Of a DNA stretch of 64,000 nt, positions 37,209 to 47,236 are shown piece by piece. The notes under the pieces are model-generated. The model was not told the DNA's origin. It was given only the letters and a program-made list of their open reading frames with translations, and did not search any database. A program made the position numbers and the translations under genes. Location of the stretch: NCBI GenBank assembly GCA_947367795.1, contig CANBER010000001.1, forward strand, positions 1,498-65,497, given 5' to 3'. The stretch's first letter is position 1. Every line of letters starts with the position of its first letter. The DNA comes from an uncultured Candidatus Saccharibacteria bacterium (GTDB taxonomy: Bacteria > Patescibacteriota > Saccharimonadia > Saccharimonadales > Saccharimonadaceae).

Positions 37209-37674
37209 GTGGTTTATTTAGTCTATTGTGATAATAAATCAAAAATAATTAGGTAAAATCTTAGATGACAGCAAAACGATGGTGATTCGCGGTGCTGCTG
37301 GCCGGAAGATTCCCCATAGCCGAGTATTTAAAGATGAAGCGCTTTACTTTATGGAGAAAGGTAGCAAGAAAATTGCTGCGAAAGCTATTGTAAAAGATGT
37401 CCAGAACTTTGTAAAACTCGCAGACGGAATAATTACCAAAACGATTGAAGATAATAATGATAAACTGCGGCTCACCGGCAAGCAGAAAGAACGCTGGCAT
37501 AAGAAAAATCTGTGCTTAGTAGAATTTGAGAATGTAGAAGAAATTGAGCCATTAGATTTTGATCATCAAGGCAATCTGGATGACTGGCTAATTATAGACA
37601 AAATTGAGGATGTGGTGGTCGGCACCAGTATCCCGTATAATTATGAGAAACCAAAGTTACAACGCCGACAATGA
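37209..37674 (+). pseudogene. conserved hypothetical protein with apparent frameshift near 37245
   Basis: GTG 37209 after AAGAGG reads VYLVYCDNKSKI then stops; removing one A joins it to LGKILDDSKTMVIRGAAGRKIPHSRVF. Confidence 0.6.
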
Positions 37675-37699
37675 CTTGTAAAAATTTAGTAATTAATTA

Positions 37700-37902
37700 C
37701 AGCGGATGGGGAAACCGTACCAACGATCGACCGGGCCGCCCGACGGGTAGACGCCAGGCGCACGGAAGTCGAGGAGGTACGCGGTAGCAGAAGTAACAGA
37801 AGTAAACACCCGTAAAGCCGAAGACCAGCCGTAACCATCGAGGCCGAAGCGCCCCATAGAACCGGCGCCCAGAATGACGGTCCCACTACGGACGAAGGAT
37901 AG
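37700..37902 (-). other. gene-less 203-bp CLec/FISUMP-like variable cassette (copy B)
   Basis: same ends; reads LSFVRSG...GYGWSS...AYLLDF...RWYGFPIRCN*; no ATG/GTG/TTG in frame upstream. Confidence 0.85.
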
Positions 37903-37929
37903 AGGAGGTGAGGCTATATTATAATATAC

Positions 37930-37954
37930 AAACCACCCCAGAATGAGGTGGTTT
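37930..37954 (-). terminator. terminator of the DUF362 gene
   Basis: aaaccacccca-gaa-tgaggtggttt. Confidence 0.65.
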
Positions 37955-37979
37955 ATAGAGTTGGTTTTAGTTTATTAGA

Positions 37980-38900
37980 TTAATCAAGTTCGATAAGCTT
38001 ATATTCTCTAGAGCCTAGGCCGAGCTTTTCGGCTGCTTCAAGAATATGACGTCCTTTTTTGCCTTCGACGCGATTTACGAAATGATCGCGTCCAGGGTCT
38101 TCAGATTGCCAAATTAAATCAATGCAAGCTTGGTCGAGCGCCACAGGGTCGAGCGAGGCGGCAATACCAATATCGGCCATGCAGGGCGTTTCAGGATGCG
38201 ACGAACAGTCGCAATCAACTGAAAGATTATTAATAACATCAATATAGATAATCGGCTTGCCCGAAGCAGCAAAGTAATCGGAGATGGCTTTAGTAGCTTC
38301 TGCCATTGATTCGAGAAAAGCATTCTGGGAAGGCAACATCTCCGACATGTTTTCTGCACTATCAAAACAATGTAAGAATTTTTCCAAATCACGAGATTTA
38401 CCAGCGGTATGGATATAAGTCTTGCCGACTGAAGACGCTAGACCGATAGCTTGATTTTTGATGACGCCGCCAAAACCTGCCATCTGATGACCCTTGAAGT
38501 GCGCCAGATTAATTAACGTGTCATATTGATCGAGATTTTGTCCAATAATATCAACATCAAGATGTGTGCCGCCGTGGACTGGGATTTCAATTTCACCATC
38601 GGCATCCAGAATATCTATCTCGGCAATGTCGGTAAACCCGTGATCTTGGGCAGCCTGTAAATGTTCAGCAGTTGTAACGCGTTTGCCTTTGTAGGCAGTA
38701 TTACATTCAACGATGGTACCTTTGACTTTTGTGATGAGATCTTTGATAAGTTGTGGATTCAGAAAATTATTTCCACCTGGCTCTCCGGTCGAGACTTTAA
38801 CCGCCACCTTACCTTGAGGCGGCACTTGAAGAGCTTCAAAGACTTGCACAAGTGCTTCAGGTGTAATATTTTTAGTGAAATAAACTTTACTTTGTGGCAT
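37980..38900 (-). CDS. DUF362 domain protein (putative Fe-S)
   Basis: VKVSTGEPGG; VECNTAY; HFKGHQMAGFGG; DCDC; SLDPVALDQA. Confidence 0.88.
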   Translation of the reverse strand: MPQSKVYFTKNITPEALVQVFEALQVPPQGKVAVKVSTGEPGGNNFLNPQLIKDLITKVKGTIVECNTAYKGKRVTTAEHLQAAQDHGFTDIAEIDILDADGEIEIPVHGGTHLDVDIIGQNLDQYDTLINLAHFKGHQMAGFGGVIKNQAIGLASSVGKTYIHTAGKSRDLEKFLHCFDSAENMSEMLPSQNAFLESMAEATKAISDYFAASGKPIIYIDVINNLSVDCDCSSHPETPCMADIGIAASLDPVALDQACIDLIWQSEDPGRDHFVNRVEGKKGRHILEAAEKLGLGSREYKLIELD

Positions 38901-39582
38901 TTTGGGCCTCCTGTTTAAATTTTACAGCTTGGTAAACAATTTGATTGACTTCGGCAAGGTCTCTAGCAATCACAACATAGCTAGCCTCACTAAAATCGCG
39001 CGAAGCGACAGGAAGTTGACGTGGCCAATCGTTGAGCAATGTTTTGTCCTGACACATAATATCACGAGTCTTTTGAGCATATGTCCACGAAATCTCAGGC
39101 ACAATATTAAGTTTGGCAGAAGATTTTGCGATATTATATGGACTGTCATCGACAAAGGCAAAGACCTCGGCCGGGATCGTCTTACGGTTGGTTTGTATGG
39201 TAACAAGATTAAGTGCGATACGCTCCGGTGGCAAGTTAGGTAGAATCTCGGCTAGTTGCCGGCGTTTATGTTCAATAATTTCTTCGGAAAAACAGTTGCT
39301 ATTAATGTAAACTTCTGCACCGAGGGATTCCGGACGCAAAATCTCTTGAGCTTCGGGGTAGAAATCCATCTTCGCAAATACTTCACTCAAATGAAAAGCT
39401 TCAGTGATGGCAGACTTTTCGGCATCACTGAGACGCGGATCATCGGCGTAGTGGTAATCGATGTCGCGGTCTCTGCTATACCCGATATAATTCAGATCAG
39501 CCTGAAAAAGCGACCAGAGTACATCATCTACGTCATAAACAATCTTAGGAGCCATACTATCTAATTTATCTGTCATGGTCAC
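38887..39582 (-). CDS. HAD-like 5'(3')-nucleotidase-like protein
   Basis: VYDVDDVL (DxD) and FVDDSPYNI; next to dut. Confidence 0.7.
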   Translation of the reverse strand: MTMTDKLDSMAPKIVYDVDDVLWSLFQADLNYIGYSRDRDIDYHYADDPRLSDAEKSAITEAFHLSEVFAKMDFYPEAQEILRPESLGAEVYINSNCFSEEIIEHKRRQLAEILPNLPPERIALNLVTIQTNRKTIPAEVFAFVDDSPYNIAKSSAKLNIVPEISWTYAQKTRDIMCQDKTLLNDWPRQLPVASRDFSEASYVVIARDLAEVNQIVYQAVKFKQEAQNATK

Positions 39583-40048
39583 CTCTTAAATTGTTATCAG
39601 TCGATCCGAAGCCGCCCTGGCGACGAAGATCGACTGGTTGATCTTGATCAACCACGAGATATTTCTGGAAAATTACTTGCGCAATGCGATCACCTCTTTT
39701 AATAGTAACCTCATGATCAGTGATATTATACATAATAACGCTAAAGTGCCCATCGTTGGATGCGTTATTATAATAATCACTATCAATGACTCCGATGCCG
39801 TTCGCTAAAACTAAACCCTTAGAAGCGCAGGAACTACGTGCCGCAATTAAATAATACTCATCGGGCTGACAGTAGGCTTTAAGACCCGTGGGGATAATAG
39901 TAGGAGTAATACCGGGATGAAATGGCGGCAGAATTACATCTTCGGCGGCAGCAATATCATATCCCGCCGAATGTCGAGTACTGCGACGAGGAAGCGTGAT
40001 GCCTTGGTCTTCCCAGCCTTTAGCGATTTCAAAACCTCGAAGACGCAT
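39566..40048 (-). CDS. dut: dUTPase
   Basis: SAGYDI; TGLKAY; RSS; GVIDSDY; GDRIAQ; RQGGFGST. Confidence 0.96.
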   Translation of the reverse strand: MRLRGFEIAKGWEDQGITLPRRSTRHSAGYDIAAAEDVILPPFHPGITPTIIPTGLKAYCQPDEYYLIAARSSCASKGLVLANGIGVIDSDYYNNASNDGHFSVIMYNITDHEVTIKRGDRIAQVIFQKYLVVDQDQPVDLRRQGGFGSTDNNLRGDHDR

Positions 40049-41743
40049 TTATTTCTTCCTTTTGGTAGGATAGTATACAATATACTCTCCGAAGCGTTCA
40101 GATGACATTTGTTTTAGAGTGGGGTTGTCTGGAACGGTGTTCGAACCCATAAAGACATAGGTGTCATCCGGATCAATTATCTCTAGATCTCCTCCTCCAA
40201 AACGATATTCTCCAAGTACGAGTACGTGCGAGCTCTGAATGTAACTTGTGCGTTGAAATTCTTCCGCGTCAATCTCGTCGGCTAAAGCAGTATAGATATA
40301 TGGCTGAGAATAAAGTCCCCCGACCCAGACCTGTATCTCGCCTGACGTATGTTCTTTGGCAAAGTCGACGGCTTGGTCGTAATCGTCCAGGGTGACAAAC
40401 AAATCCCGATCATGAACGGTAAGGGGATATTCAAAGTAATACCATTTGGCAAAGAGGCCGAAAGAAATCAAATAAAATGTGCCGATCGCAACGAGGCTCC
40501 AGCGCCAATGTTGATATAACCAGAAGATCGCTACGGCCAAAAAGTAGAATAACGGTACATAAATCGCGTTAATTCGATTGATGTTCGGGCCATCAAGGAT
40601 CATGGCACAGAAAAAGTTCATAATGAAGAACACGAGCATGAAGATATCCAATGAGAATTCGGAGCGGGCTGCTTTAGAACGCACGTCCGAGCGCACCCAG
40701 AAATATGAGCGCCTAGCGACAATTCCCAGTCCCAGCACAACTAGAGGAATACTAAAATAATACATTGTGCCAAAAGTCGGATTAGCATTGTAACTCAAAA
40801 AATCTTGACTAAAAATTATATTAAAAATGTTGAGGTTGTGGGGGATGTTTGCAAGGCTGAATTCCCCGCCACGATAAAACCACATCTTAGGAACAGAGAA
40901 AAACCGATTGGCGATTTCTGGAATAATTCCCTGATTAATTGCCAACATAAGGATGAGCGGAACAGCAAGCAGCCCAAGCGGAATCGCAAAAGCAAATAAC
41001 TCGGCGAGTTTCAGACGTTTAGTATAAAGCGCGTAAATCATGAGGGCTGCGAGAAAGGCCGGTAAAATCAGATACGATACCGCGTAGGTATATAGCGTTA
41101 TGCCAAAGGTGACACCAGCGAGCACAAATTGCCAGATTTTGTGCTCTTTGAAAGCTAGCCAAAGTGCAGCAATAGACATAATCGAGAGCGGGAAGAAAAG
41201 ATATGATTCTAGCCCCCAGCGCGAGTGCATAATCGAGAACGGTAAAACAACAAATAAAGCTAAGCTGATTAGAGCAAAGGCCGGGCCCTTAACACGTCGC
41301 ATGAGAAAATAAAACACTACAGCTGCCGCTAAGGCTAAAATTACAGCTGGAATGCGAATTGCAAAAATACTAAATCCCAGGATGCGCACAACAATTGAGG
41401 CTAAATAAGTATAAAGCGCGTTCTGACCACCACCAAAATTAATCAAATAGGCTGGATGGTGATAGCCGAACCGATCCGTACCATGTTTGGCTAACGAAAG
41501 AGCGTCGTAAGCCATGCCAGCCTCGTCTACGTGGAGGCCAGCCGGAACCGCACCAAGTCTGAAGCTTAAGGCTATCACTAAACAGATTCCTAGAATACTA
41601 GCAATAATGATTTCGGTAGTTTTGCTGAGCGGAAAACTTTCAGGAGGATTTTGGGGAAATTTATACTTCCGATAGATCACAAAACTGATCAGTCCTAGAG
41701 TGATAAGTAAAATGATAATATTAATAATATTAATCAGATTCAT
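40049..41743 (-). CDS. GT-C (ArnT/PMT-like) membrane glycosyltransferase
   Basis: GLHVDEAGMAYDA; multiple TM helices. Confidence 0.82.
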   Translation of the reverse strand: MNLINIINIIILLITLGLISFVIYRKYKFPQNPPESFPLSKTTEIIIASILGICLVIALSFRLGAVPAGLHVDEAGMAYDALSLAKHGTDRFGYHHPAYLINFGGGQNALYTYLASIVVRILGFSIFAIRIPAVILALAAAVVFYFLMRRVKGPAFALISLALFVVLPFSIMHSRWGLESYLFFPLSIMSIAALWLAFKEHKIWQFVLAGVTFGITLYTYAVSYLILPAFLAALMIYALYTKRLKLAELFAFAIPLGLLAVPLILMLAINQGIIPEIANRFFSVPKMWFYRGGEFSLANIPHNLNIFNIIFSQDFLSYNANPTFGTMYYFSIPLVVLGLGIVARRSYFWVRSDVRSKAARSEFSLDIFMLVFFIMNFFCAMILDGPNINRINAIYVPLFYFLAVAIFWLYQHWRWSLVAIGTFYLISFGLFAKWYYFEYPLTVHDRDLFVTLDDYDQAVDFAKEHTSGEIQVWVGGLYSQPYIYTALADEIDAEEFQRTSYIQSSHVLVLGEYRFGGGDLEIIDPDDTYVFMGSNTVPDNPTLKQMSSERFGEYIVYYPTKRKK

Positions 41744-42698
41744 GTGTATCCTCCTTTTCTAAATCTTCAGCAATAACGTAGCGCGGTCTAGCTTTGGTTT
41801 CACTATAGATTTTGCCAATGTATTCGCCAATTACACCAAGTGATAAGGTCTGCACTCCGCCGACGAGCCAAATTGAACAGATCGTAAAGGTCCAGCCGGA
41901 GATAGCTCCACCGCAAAGCTTAACTATGACAGCATAAATCAGCACCATGACACTAACAAACGTCACCAGAAACCCGAGCATAGTGATAAAGCGGAGTGGT
42001 TTGACACTGAGTGACGAAATTCCGTCCCAAGCGAAGCTCAGCATCTTTTTGAGAGGATACTTCGACTCTCCAGCAAAACGTTCACCACGTTCGTAATATA
42101 CAATAGCGGTCTTAAATCCAATCATCGGGAAAATGCCACGCAGGAAAAGATTAACTTCGTGGTATTTAGCAAGTTCGCCCAGGACTTTGCGGCTCGTGAG
42201 GCGGTAGTCAGCATGGTTAAAAACCACATCAACGCCCATGATTTTCATGAATTTGTAAAAGCTTTCAGCGGTAAAGCGTTTGAACCAAGAATCTTTGGCG
42301 CGTGAGGAGCGGACGCCATAAACGATTTCGGCTCCATCCTGATATTTAGTTAACATTTCATCTATGACATCAATATCATCTTGCAAATCGGCGTCCATGC
42401 TAATCACGATATCGGCACGATCTTTAGCGGTCATTAGACCGGCGAGCAAAGCATTTTGATGGCCACGGTTGCGCGAGAGTGTAATACCGACAAAATGCGA
42501 ATCGGATTGATGCAGTTTTTGGATAATTTCCCAAGTGTCATCCTTGCTGCCGTCATTGACAAACATAATACGGCTTTGGTCGGAGATCTTTTGATCGCAG
42601 ATGAGGTGGGTCAGCTTATATTGGAGTCGGCTAGCAGTCTCGTGTAAGACGTCCGACTCGTTATAGCACGGTATAACGATATATAATATATGTTTCAT
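41730..42698 (-). CDS. GT2 glycosyltransferase (GtrB-like)
   Basis: VIPCYNE; VNDGSKD; RNRGHQNAL; MDADLQDD; C-terminal TMs. Confidence 0.93.
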   Translation of the reverse strand: MKHILYIVIPCYNESDVLHETASRLQYKLTHLICDQKISDQSRIMFVNDGSKDDTWEIIQKLHQSDSHFVGITLSRNRGHQNALLAGLMTAKDRADIVISMDADLQDDIDVIDEMLTKYQDGAEIVYGVRSSRAKDSWFKRFTAESFYKFMKIMGVDVVFNHADYRLTSRKVLGELAKYHEVNLFLRGIFPMIGFKTAIVYYERGERFAGESKYPLKKMLSFAWDGISSLSVKPLRFITMLGFLVTFVSVMVLIYAVIVKLCGGAISGWTFTICSIWLVGGVQTLSLGVIGEYIGKIYSETKARPRYVIAEDLEKEDTHESD

Positions 42699-42849
42699 TG
42701 GTATTATTATAGCATAACTGAATCATGTTTGGTGCTCCAAGCTAGTAGAGGTCAGAATTATAACGTTTATGTTTGGAAAAATCTCGCAGGCGTGAGATAA
42801 TGGGGAAGAACAGTAACCATACTGAGCTCTTTAGAAAGGAAGTGATAAG

Positions 42850-43491
42850 GTGAATCACGTTTTTAGGCAGCCCATAGCGCCAGAGGATCAGATCCTGATA
42901 GTGTATGACGTGGATGATATTTGTCACGCACAGGGGAAGCGGATTGCAGACGATCTGGAGTTTGATTTGGCAGACTGGACAAGTTTTTACATCGAGAGAA
43001 TTCCGAGATTTTCAGATGACTTGAAAAAACGTGCCAGAGCTGCGTTGTCAGACGAGAAATATTTTCGTGATATCGAGTTCTATGACGGAGTGGAAGATAT
43101 TTTGCGGCCCGAAGAATTGGATCCGCGTGTTGAAGTGGTGTTCAATACCAAGACGGGAACACGGGAGGGAGCCGATCTGAAACTGCGCCAGTTGATGGAG
43201 AAGATACCGGGATTGACGAGTGACAAAATCACATCGACTATTTACGAGAATACAAACGAAACGCGATATAAGGATATTCCGAAAAATACCTTTGTGTTCG
43301 TGGATGACAGTCCTTACAATCTCGGCATGTCACCGGCAGAGATCAACGTCACGATGATCAAACCATGGAATACCTCGCCTGAAGGGTTAAATCTGATTAA
43401 AGGTAAAAATGTAATTATGTTTCCCACACTCCTGCAAATCAATCGGTTCATCTATTTCCGCACAAAGGTGCGCTTGATGACGGGTATCTAG
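42850..43491 (+). CDS. HAD-like nucleotidase-like protein (second copy)
   Basis: VYDVDDIC and FVDDSPYNL; GTG start. Confidence 0.7.
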   Translation: MNHVFRQPIAPEDQILIVYDVDDICHAQGKRIADDLEFDLADWTSFYIERIPRFSDDLKKRARAALSDEKYFRDIEFYDGVEDILRPEELDPRVEVVFNTKTGTREGADLKLRQLMEKIPGLTSDKITSTIYENTNETRYKDIPKNTFVFVDDSPYNLGMSPAEINVTMIKPWNTSPEGLNLIKGKNVIMFPTLLQINRFIYFRTKVRLMTGI

Positions 43492-43503
43492 TATACTAGA
43501 TAC

Positions 43504-43534
43504 GGGGCCGCGACTTCAGTCGCGGCCCGCTTTT
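43504..43534. terminator. bidirectional terminator
   Basis: gggccgcgac-ttca-gtcgcggccc. Confidence 0.8.
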
Positions 43535-43538
43535 CTTC

Positions 43539-45377
43539 CTAGACCTCAGCGGTTTCGGCAAACTGAGAGTTATAGAGCTCGGCGTAGAACCCGCCCTGTT
43601 TCAGCAATTCGTCGTGAGTCCCCTGTTCAACGATGTTGCCAGCCTTCATTACCAGGATCAAATCAGAGTCGCGAATCGTCGACAAACGATGCGCAATAAC
43701 GAAGGAAGTACGACCATGAGTGAGTTTAGCGAAGGCGTCCTGGATAATTTGCTCAGTGCGAGTGTCGACATTGCTAGTGGCTTCGTCCAAAATCATCATC
43801 GGTGGATTAGCCACCATCGCGCGTGCAATGGTGAGCAGCTGTTTCTCGCCAGCGGAGATATTATCCGAGTCTTCCGAAATCACAGTGTGATAGCCGTGCG
43901 ACAGAGATTCAATAAAATGATGAATGCTGCTAGCCTCAGTGGCGCGTACGATATCTTCATGTGTGGCGTGATGGTTGCCATATTTAAGATTTTCTTCAAT
44001 AGTGCCCGAAAAGAGCCAAGTGTCTTGCAGTACCATGCCAAAAAGTTTACGTACGTCGGAGCGTCTCATCTCCCTAGTCGGTACACCATCAATCGTGATA
44101 TAGCCACTGTCTGGATCGTAGAAACGCATTAGTAGGTTGATGATCGTAGTCTTCCCTGCGCCGGTGGGACCTACGATAGCTACTTGCATACCAGGTTTGA
44201 TTTTGACCGAAAAATCTTGAATGATAGGCTTGGTTTTATCGTAGGAAAAATTAACTTTGTGGAATTCTACTGCACCCTGCACTGGGTTTATAGTCTTGAC
44301 TGGGTCCAGGTCGGGCGCCTCTTCGGGCTCGTCAAGAAAATTATAGATACGTTCGGCAGCAGCGAGGGTCTGCTGGATGTTGGATGTGATCTGTGAGACC
44401 TCGGTAATGGGACGATTAAACTGATTGACGTATTGAATAAAAGCTTGAACGCTGCCAATCATCAGTTTACCCTCAATCGCCAACCGTCCACCGGCCACAC
44501 AAATCAAAACGTAGCTGATATTGGTGCAGATGTGAGTAATCGGGAAAGCCAGGGCAGAATAGAACTGAGCTTTCCAAGATACTTCATAGAGTCGTTGATT
44601 TGTGCTAGAGAACTTTTGGAAGGCAGTTGCTTCGTAGGAATTGGCTTTAATGATGGATTGCCCGGAATAATCTTCCTCGATCGCGCTGTTAAGTGTACCT
44701 AGAGTCGTCTGCTGAGAACGGAAGAAAGCTTGGGCTTTTTTGGCAATAAAACTCACTAAGATAAGCGATACGGGCACCGCTACTAGTGCGATCACTGAAA
44801 GCCAGACTGAAATGGTCAGCATCATAATCAAAATGCCTACTAGCGTGGTAGCGCTGGTAATAATTTGCGTGAGGACATTAGCCAAAGTATTAGCTACCAT
44901 ACTTACATCGTTATTCATGCGGGAAAGTACGTCGCCAAACTGGTGCTGGTCGAAGTAAGAGATGGGCAAGTGCGAGATTTTCTCTAGGATATCAGTGCGC
45001 ATTTTACGAGCATAGTGCGCCGAGACGACGGAAAGAATTACACCTTGAATATAATTCAAAACTGCGGAAGCAAGATAGAGCCCGATGAGGATGAGGGCCA
45101 ACTTACCCAATCGCCCCCAGTTAATGGCGGCACCGAGGGTTTCAGCATCCGGGACGGCACCATTGGCGGCTACAATGGCGGATTGATAATCTTCGACGGC
45201 GTAGTCGGTCATGGATCCGAGAAGTTTGGGTCCGAAAATGGAACAAACTGTAGCGCCGATGGCGAGAATTGCCGCACATAGAATAGCTACTCGCCATGGG
45301 CGCAGCGAAGCGCAGAATCGGCCAAAGGCGATACTGAGTTTTTGGGGTTTTTCTCCAGATGTAGAATGTTTAGGCAT
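43539..45377 (-). CDS. ABC exporter ATP-binding/permease subunit
   Basis: GPTGAGKT; SAGEKQ; ILDEATS; start moved to ATG 45377. Confidence 0.95.
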   Translation of the reverse strand: MPKHSTSGEKPQKLSIAFGRFCASLRPWRVAILCAAILAIGATVCSIFGPKLLGSMTDYAVEDYQSAIVAANGAVPDAETLGAAINWGRLGKLALILIGLYLASAVLNYIQGVILSVVSAHYARKMRTDILEKISHLPISYFDQHQFGDVLSRMNNDVSMVANTLANVLTQIITSATTLVGILIMMLTISVWLSVIALVAVPVSLILVSFIAKKAQAFFRSQQTTLGTLNSAIEEDYSGQSIIKANSYEATAFQKFSSTNQRLYEVSWKAQFYSALAFPITHICTNISYVLICVAGGRLAIEGKLMIGSVQAFIQYVNQFNRPITEVSQITSNIQQTLAAAERIYNFLDEPEEAPDLDPVKTINPVQGAVEFHKVNFSYDKTKPIIQDFSVKIKPGMQVAIVGPTGAGKTTIINLLMRFYDPDSGYITIDGVPTREMRRSDVRKLFGMVLQDTWLFSGTIEENLKYGNHHATHEDIVRATEASSIHHFIESLSHGYHTVISEDSDNISAGEKQLLTIARAMVANPPMMILDEATSNVDTRTEQIIQDAFAKLTHGRTSFVIAHRLSTIRDSDLILVMKAGNIVEQGTHDELLKQGGFYAELYNSQFAETAEV

Positions 45378-47130
45378 GTTTTCCTCCACTCGTTTTAAGC
45401 TCGGCGGCAAATTCTGCTTCGGATAATTGAGACTTGGCAATTTCGCGATACACTTTACAACTTTGCAGTAGCTCGCTATGTGTGCCCTTACCGACGACTT
45501 GACCTTGATTTAGGACGACTATTTGATCCGCATCTTTGATGGTACTAATACGTTGCGCGACGATCAAAGTCACAGCGTCTCCGGTAATTGTCTTGAGATC
45601 ATGGCGGAGCTTGGCGTCGGTTTTCATGTCTAGGGCCGAGAATGAATCGTCGAAAATATAAATGTCTGGATCCTTGGCAATGGCACGAGCAATCGAAAGC
45701 CGCTGACGCTGACCGCCAGATACGTTAGTGCCGCCTTGGGCAATACGTGAGTCATATTTCTTATCAAGTTTTTCGATAAACTCGCTGGACTGGGAAATGC
45801 GTGCCGCAAGCCGCATGCGGTCATCATCGGCTTCGGGTGCGCCAAAGAGAATGTTACTTTTTACGGTGCCGGCAAAGAGTAAGCCGCGCTGTGGCACATA
45901 GCCAATCCGACGCATAAGATCAGATTCTGAGTAATCCTGGATATTAATACCATTAATTTTGATTTCTCCGCCAGTAGCTTCGTAAAACCGCGGCACGAGA
46001 TTGATCAGGGTAGACTTGCCGGAGCCGGTCGAGCCGATAAAGGCGGTAGTTTGACCAACTTTCGCAGTGAAAGAGACGTCCTGGAGGACTTTTTCTTCGG
46101 CCCCAGGATAGGCGAAATCGACGTGAGAGAATTCAACTTCGGGCTGCAGACTAGGCTTGCCGATAGTTTGGGCTTTCCAGGTGATTTTGGGACGAGTTTC
46201 AAGCACCTCATTCACACGCTTAGCTGAAACACTGGCGCGGGGCAAGATCACAAACAGCATAGTAAGGAAGAGGAAGGACATTACAACCTGAATTGCATAT
46301 TGCATGAAAGCCATCATGTTGCCGAGATAGGCAAAGTTAGTCGTAATTAGCGAAATTCCAATCCAGATACAAAGTAGCGTCGTGCCGTTAAAGACTAAAC
46401 TCACCAACGGACTATCCAGCGACATGATGGTGTCGACCCAGACATTGAGTTTGGCAAATTCGTGGTTGGTCTGCTGAAATTTACGCCCCTCAAGTGACTC
46501 GTTATTAAAGGCGCGAATCACGCGGAGGCCGGTGAGATTCTCGCGTGTGAGCAGAGTAATTCGGTCGGCGAGTTGCTGGATAAGTTTAAATTTGGGCATG
46601 ACGATCGACATGATCAAAATCGTCAAGAAGAGGATAATACCCACCGCGAGCGCAATAATCCAGGTCATATCCGGTGCAGTAGCAATAGCTTGACCAATAG
46701 CCAGAATACAAGTCATCGGCGCCCGCAAAGCCATAGAAAGACAGATGACAACGGCGGATTGGACCTGCGAAACATCGTTCATAGTGCGCGTGATGAGTGA
46801 GGCAGTAGAAAATTTGTCCACATCGGCAATGCTAAATTGAAGAATATGCTGGAAAATATCGTTGCGTAGATCGCGCGAAAAGGCTGTGCCGATACGCGCC
46901 GAGAGAAAATCAGTCATCAGCGCACAAGAAGCCGCAAGAATAGCAAAGCCAATCATACCAATACCGGTACCCCAAATGTACCCCATGTCGCCAAGCATAA
47001 TGCCTTTATTGATAATATTTGCCATCATGGCGGGAAGTTGCAGGCCGGCCCACACCTGCACCGCGACCATGAAAAACAGCAAAATCACAGATTTAAGATA
47101 GGGCTTGAGGTAACGAAATAACTTCAACAT
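45370..47130 (-). CDS. ABC exporter ATP-binding/permease subunit (heterodimer partner)
   Basis: GSTGSGKS; SGGQRQR; IFDDSFSALD. Confidence 0.95.
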   Translation of the reverse strand: MLKLFRYLKPYLKSVILLFFMVAVQVWAGLQLPAMMANIINKGIMLGDMGYIWGTGIGMIGFAILAASCALMTDFLSARIGTAFSRDLRNDIFQHILQFSIADVDKFSTASLITRTMNDVSQVQSAVVICLSMALRAPMTCILAIGQAIATAPDMTWIIALAVGIILFLTILIMSIVMPKFKLIQQLADRITLLTRENLTGLRVIRAFNNESLEGRKFQQTNHEFAKLNVWVDTIMSLDSPLVSLVFNGTTLLCIWIGISLITTNFAYLGNMMAFMQYAIQVVMSFLFLTMLFVILPRASVSAKRVNEVLETRPKITWKAQTIGKPSLQPEVEFSHVDFAYPGAEEKVLQDVSFTAKVGQTTAFIGSTGSGKSTLINLVPRFYEATGGEIKINGINIQDYSESDLMRRIGYVPQRGLLFAGTVKSNILFGAPEADDDRMRLAARISQSSEFIEKLDKKYDSRIAQGGTNVSGGQRQRLSIARAIAKDPDIYIFDDSFSALDMKTDAKLRHDLKTITGDAVTLIVAQRISTIKDADQIVVLNQGQVVGKGTHSELLQSCKVYREIAKSQLSEAEFAAELKTSGGKHA

Positions 47131-47194
47131 TAGACCATCATAACGCTAATTTTTAGCAAAGTCAAGCCTGTAGTGCCAAAAATCGACGGTTCTA

Positions 47195-47236
47195 TTGATT
47201 TTTTGGCTTAAGTATGCTATGATGGAAGGATAGGGT
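47195..47236 (+). promoter_or_regulatory. signature promoter variant
   Basis: TATTGATTTTTTGGCTTAAGTATGCTATGATGGAAGGATAGGGT. Confidence 0.7.

Noticed and set aside
18323-37902. Cassettes as a CRISPR array
   Set aside because: Dispersed and inverted, 203 bp long, with coding interiors; no repeat-spacer periodicity and no cas genes.
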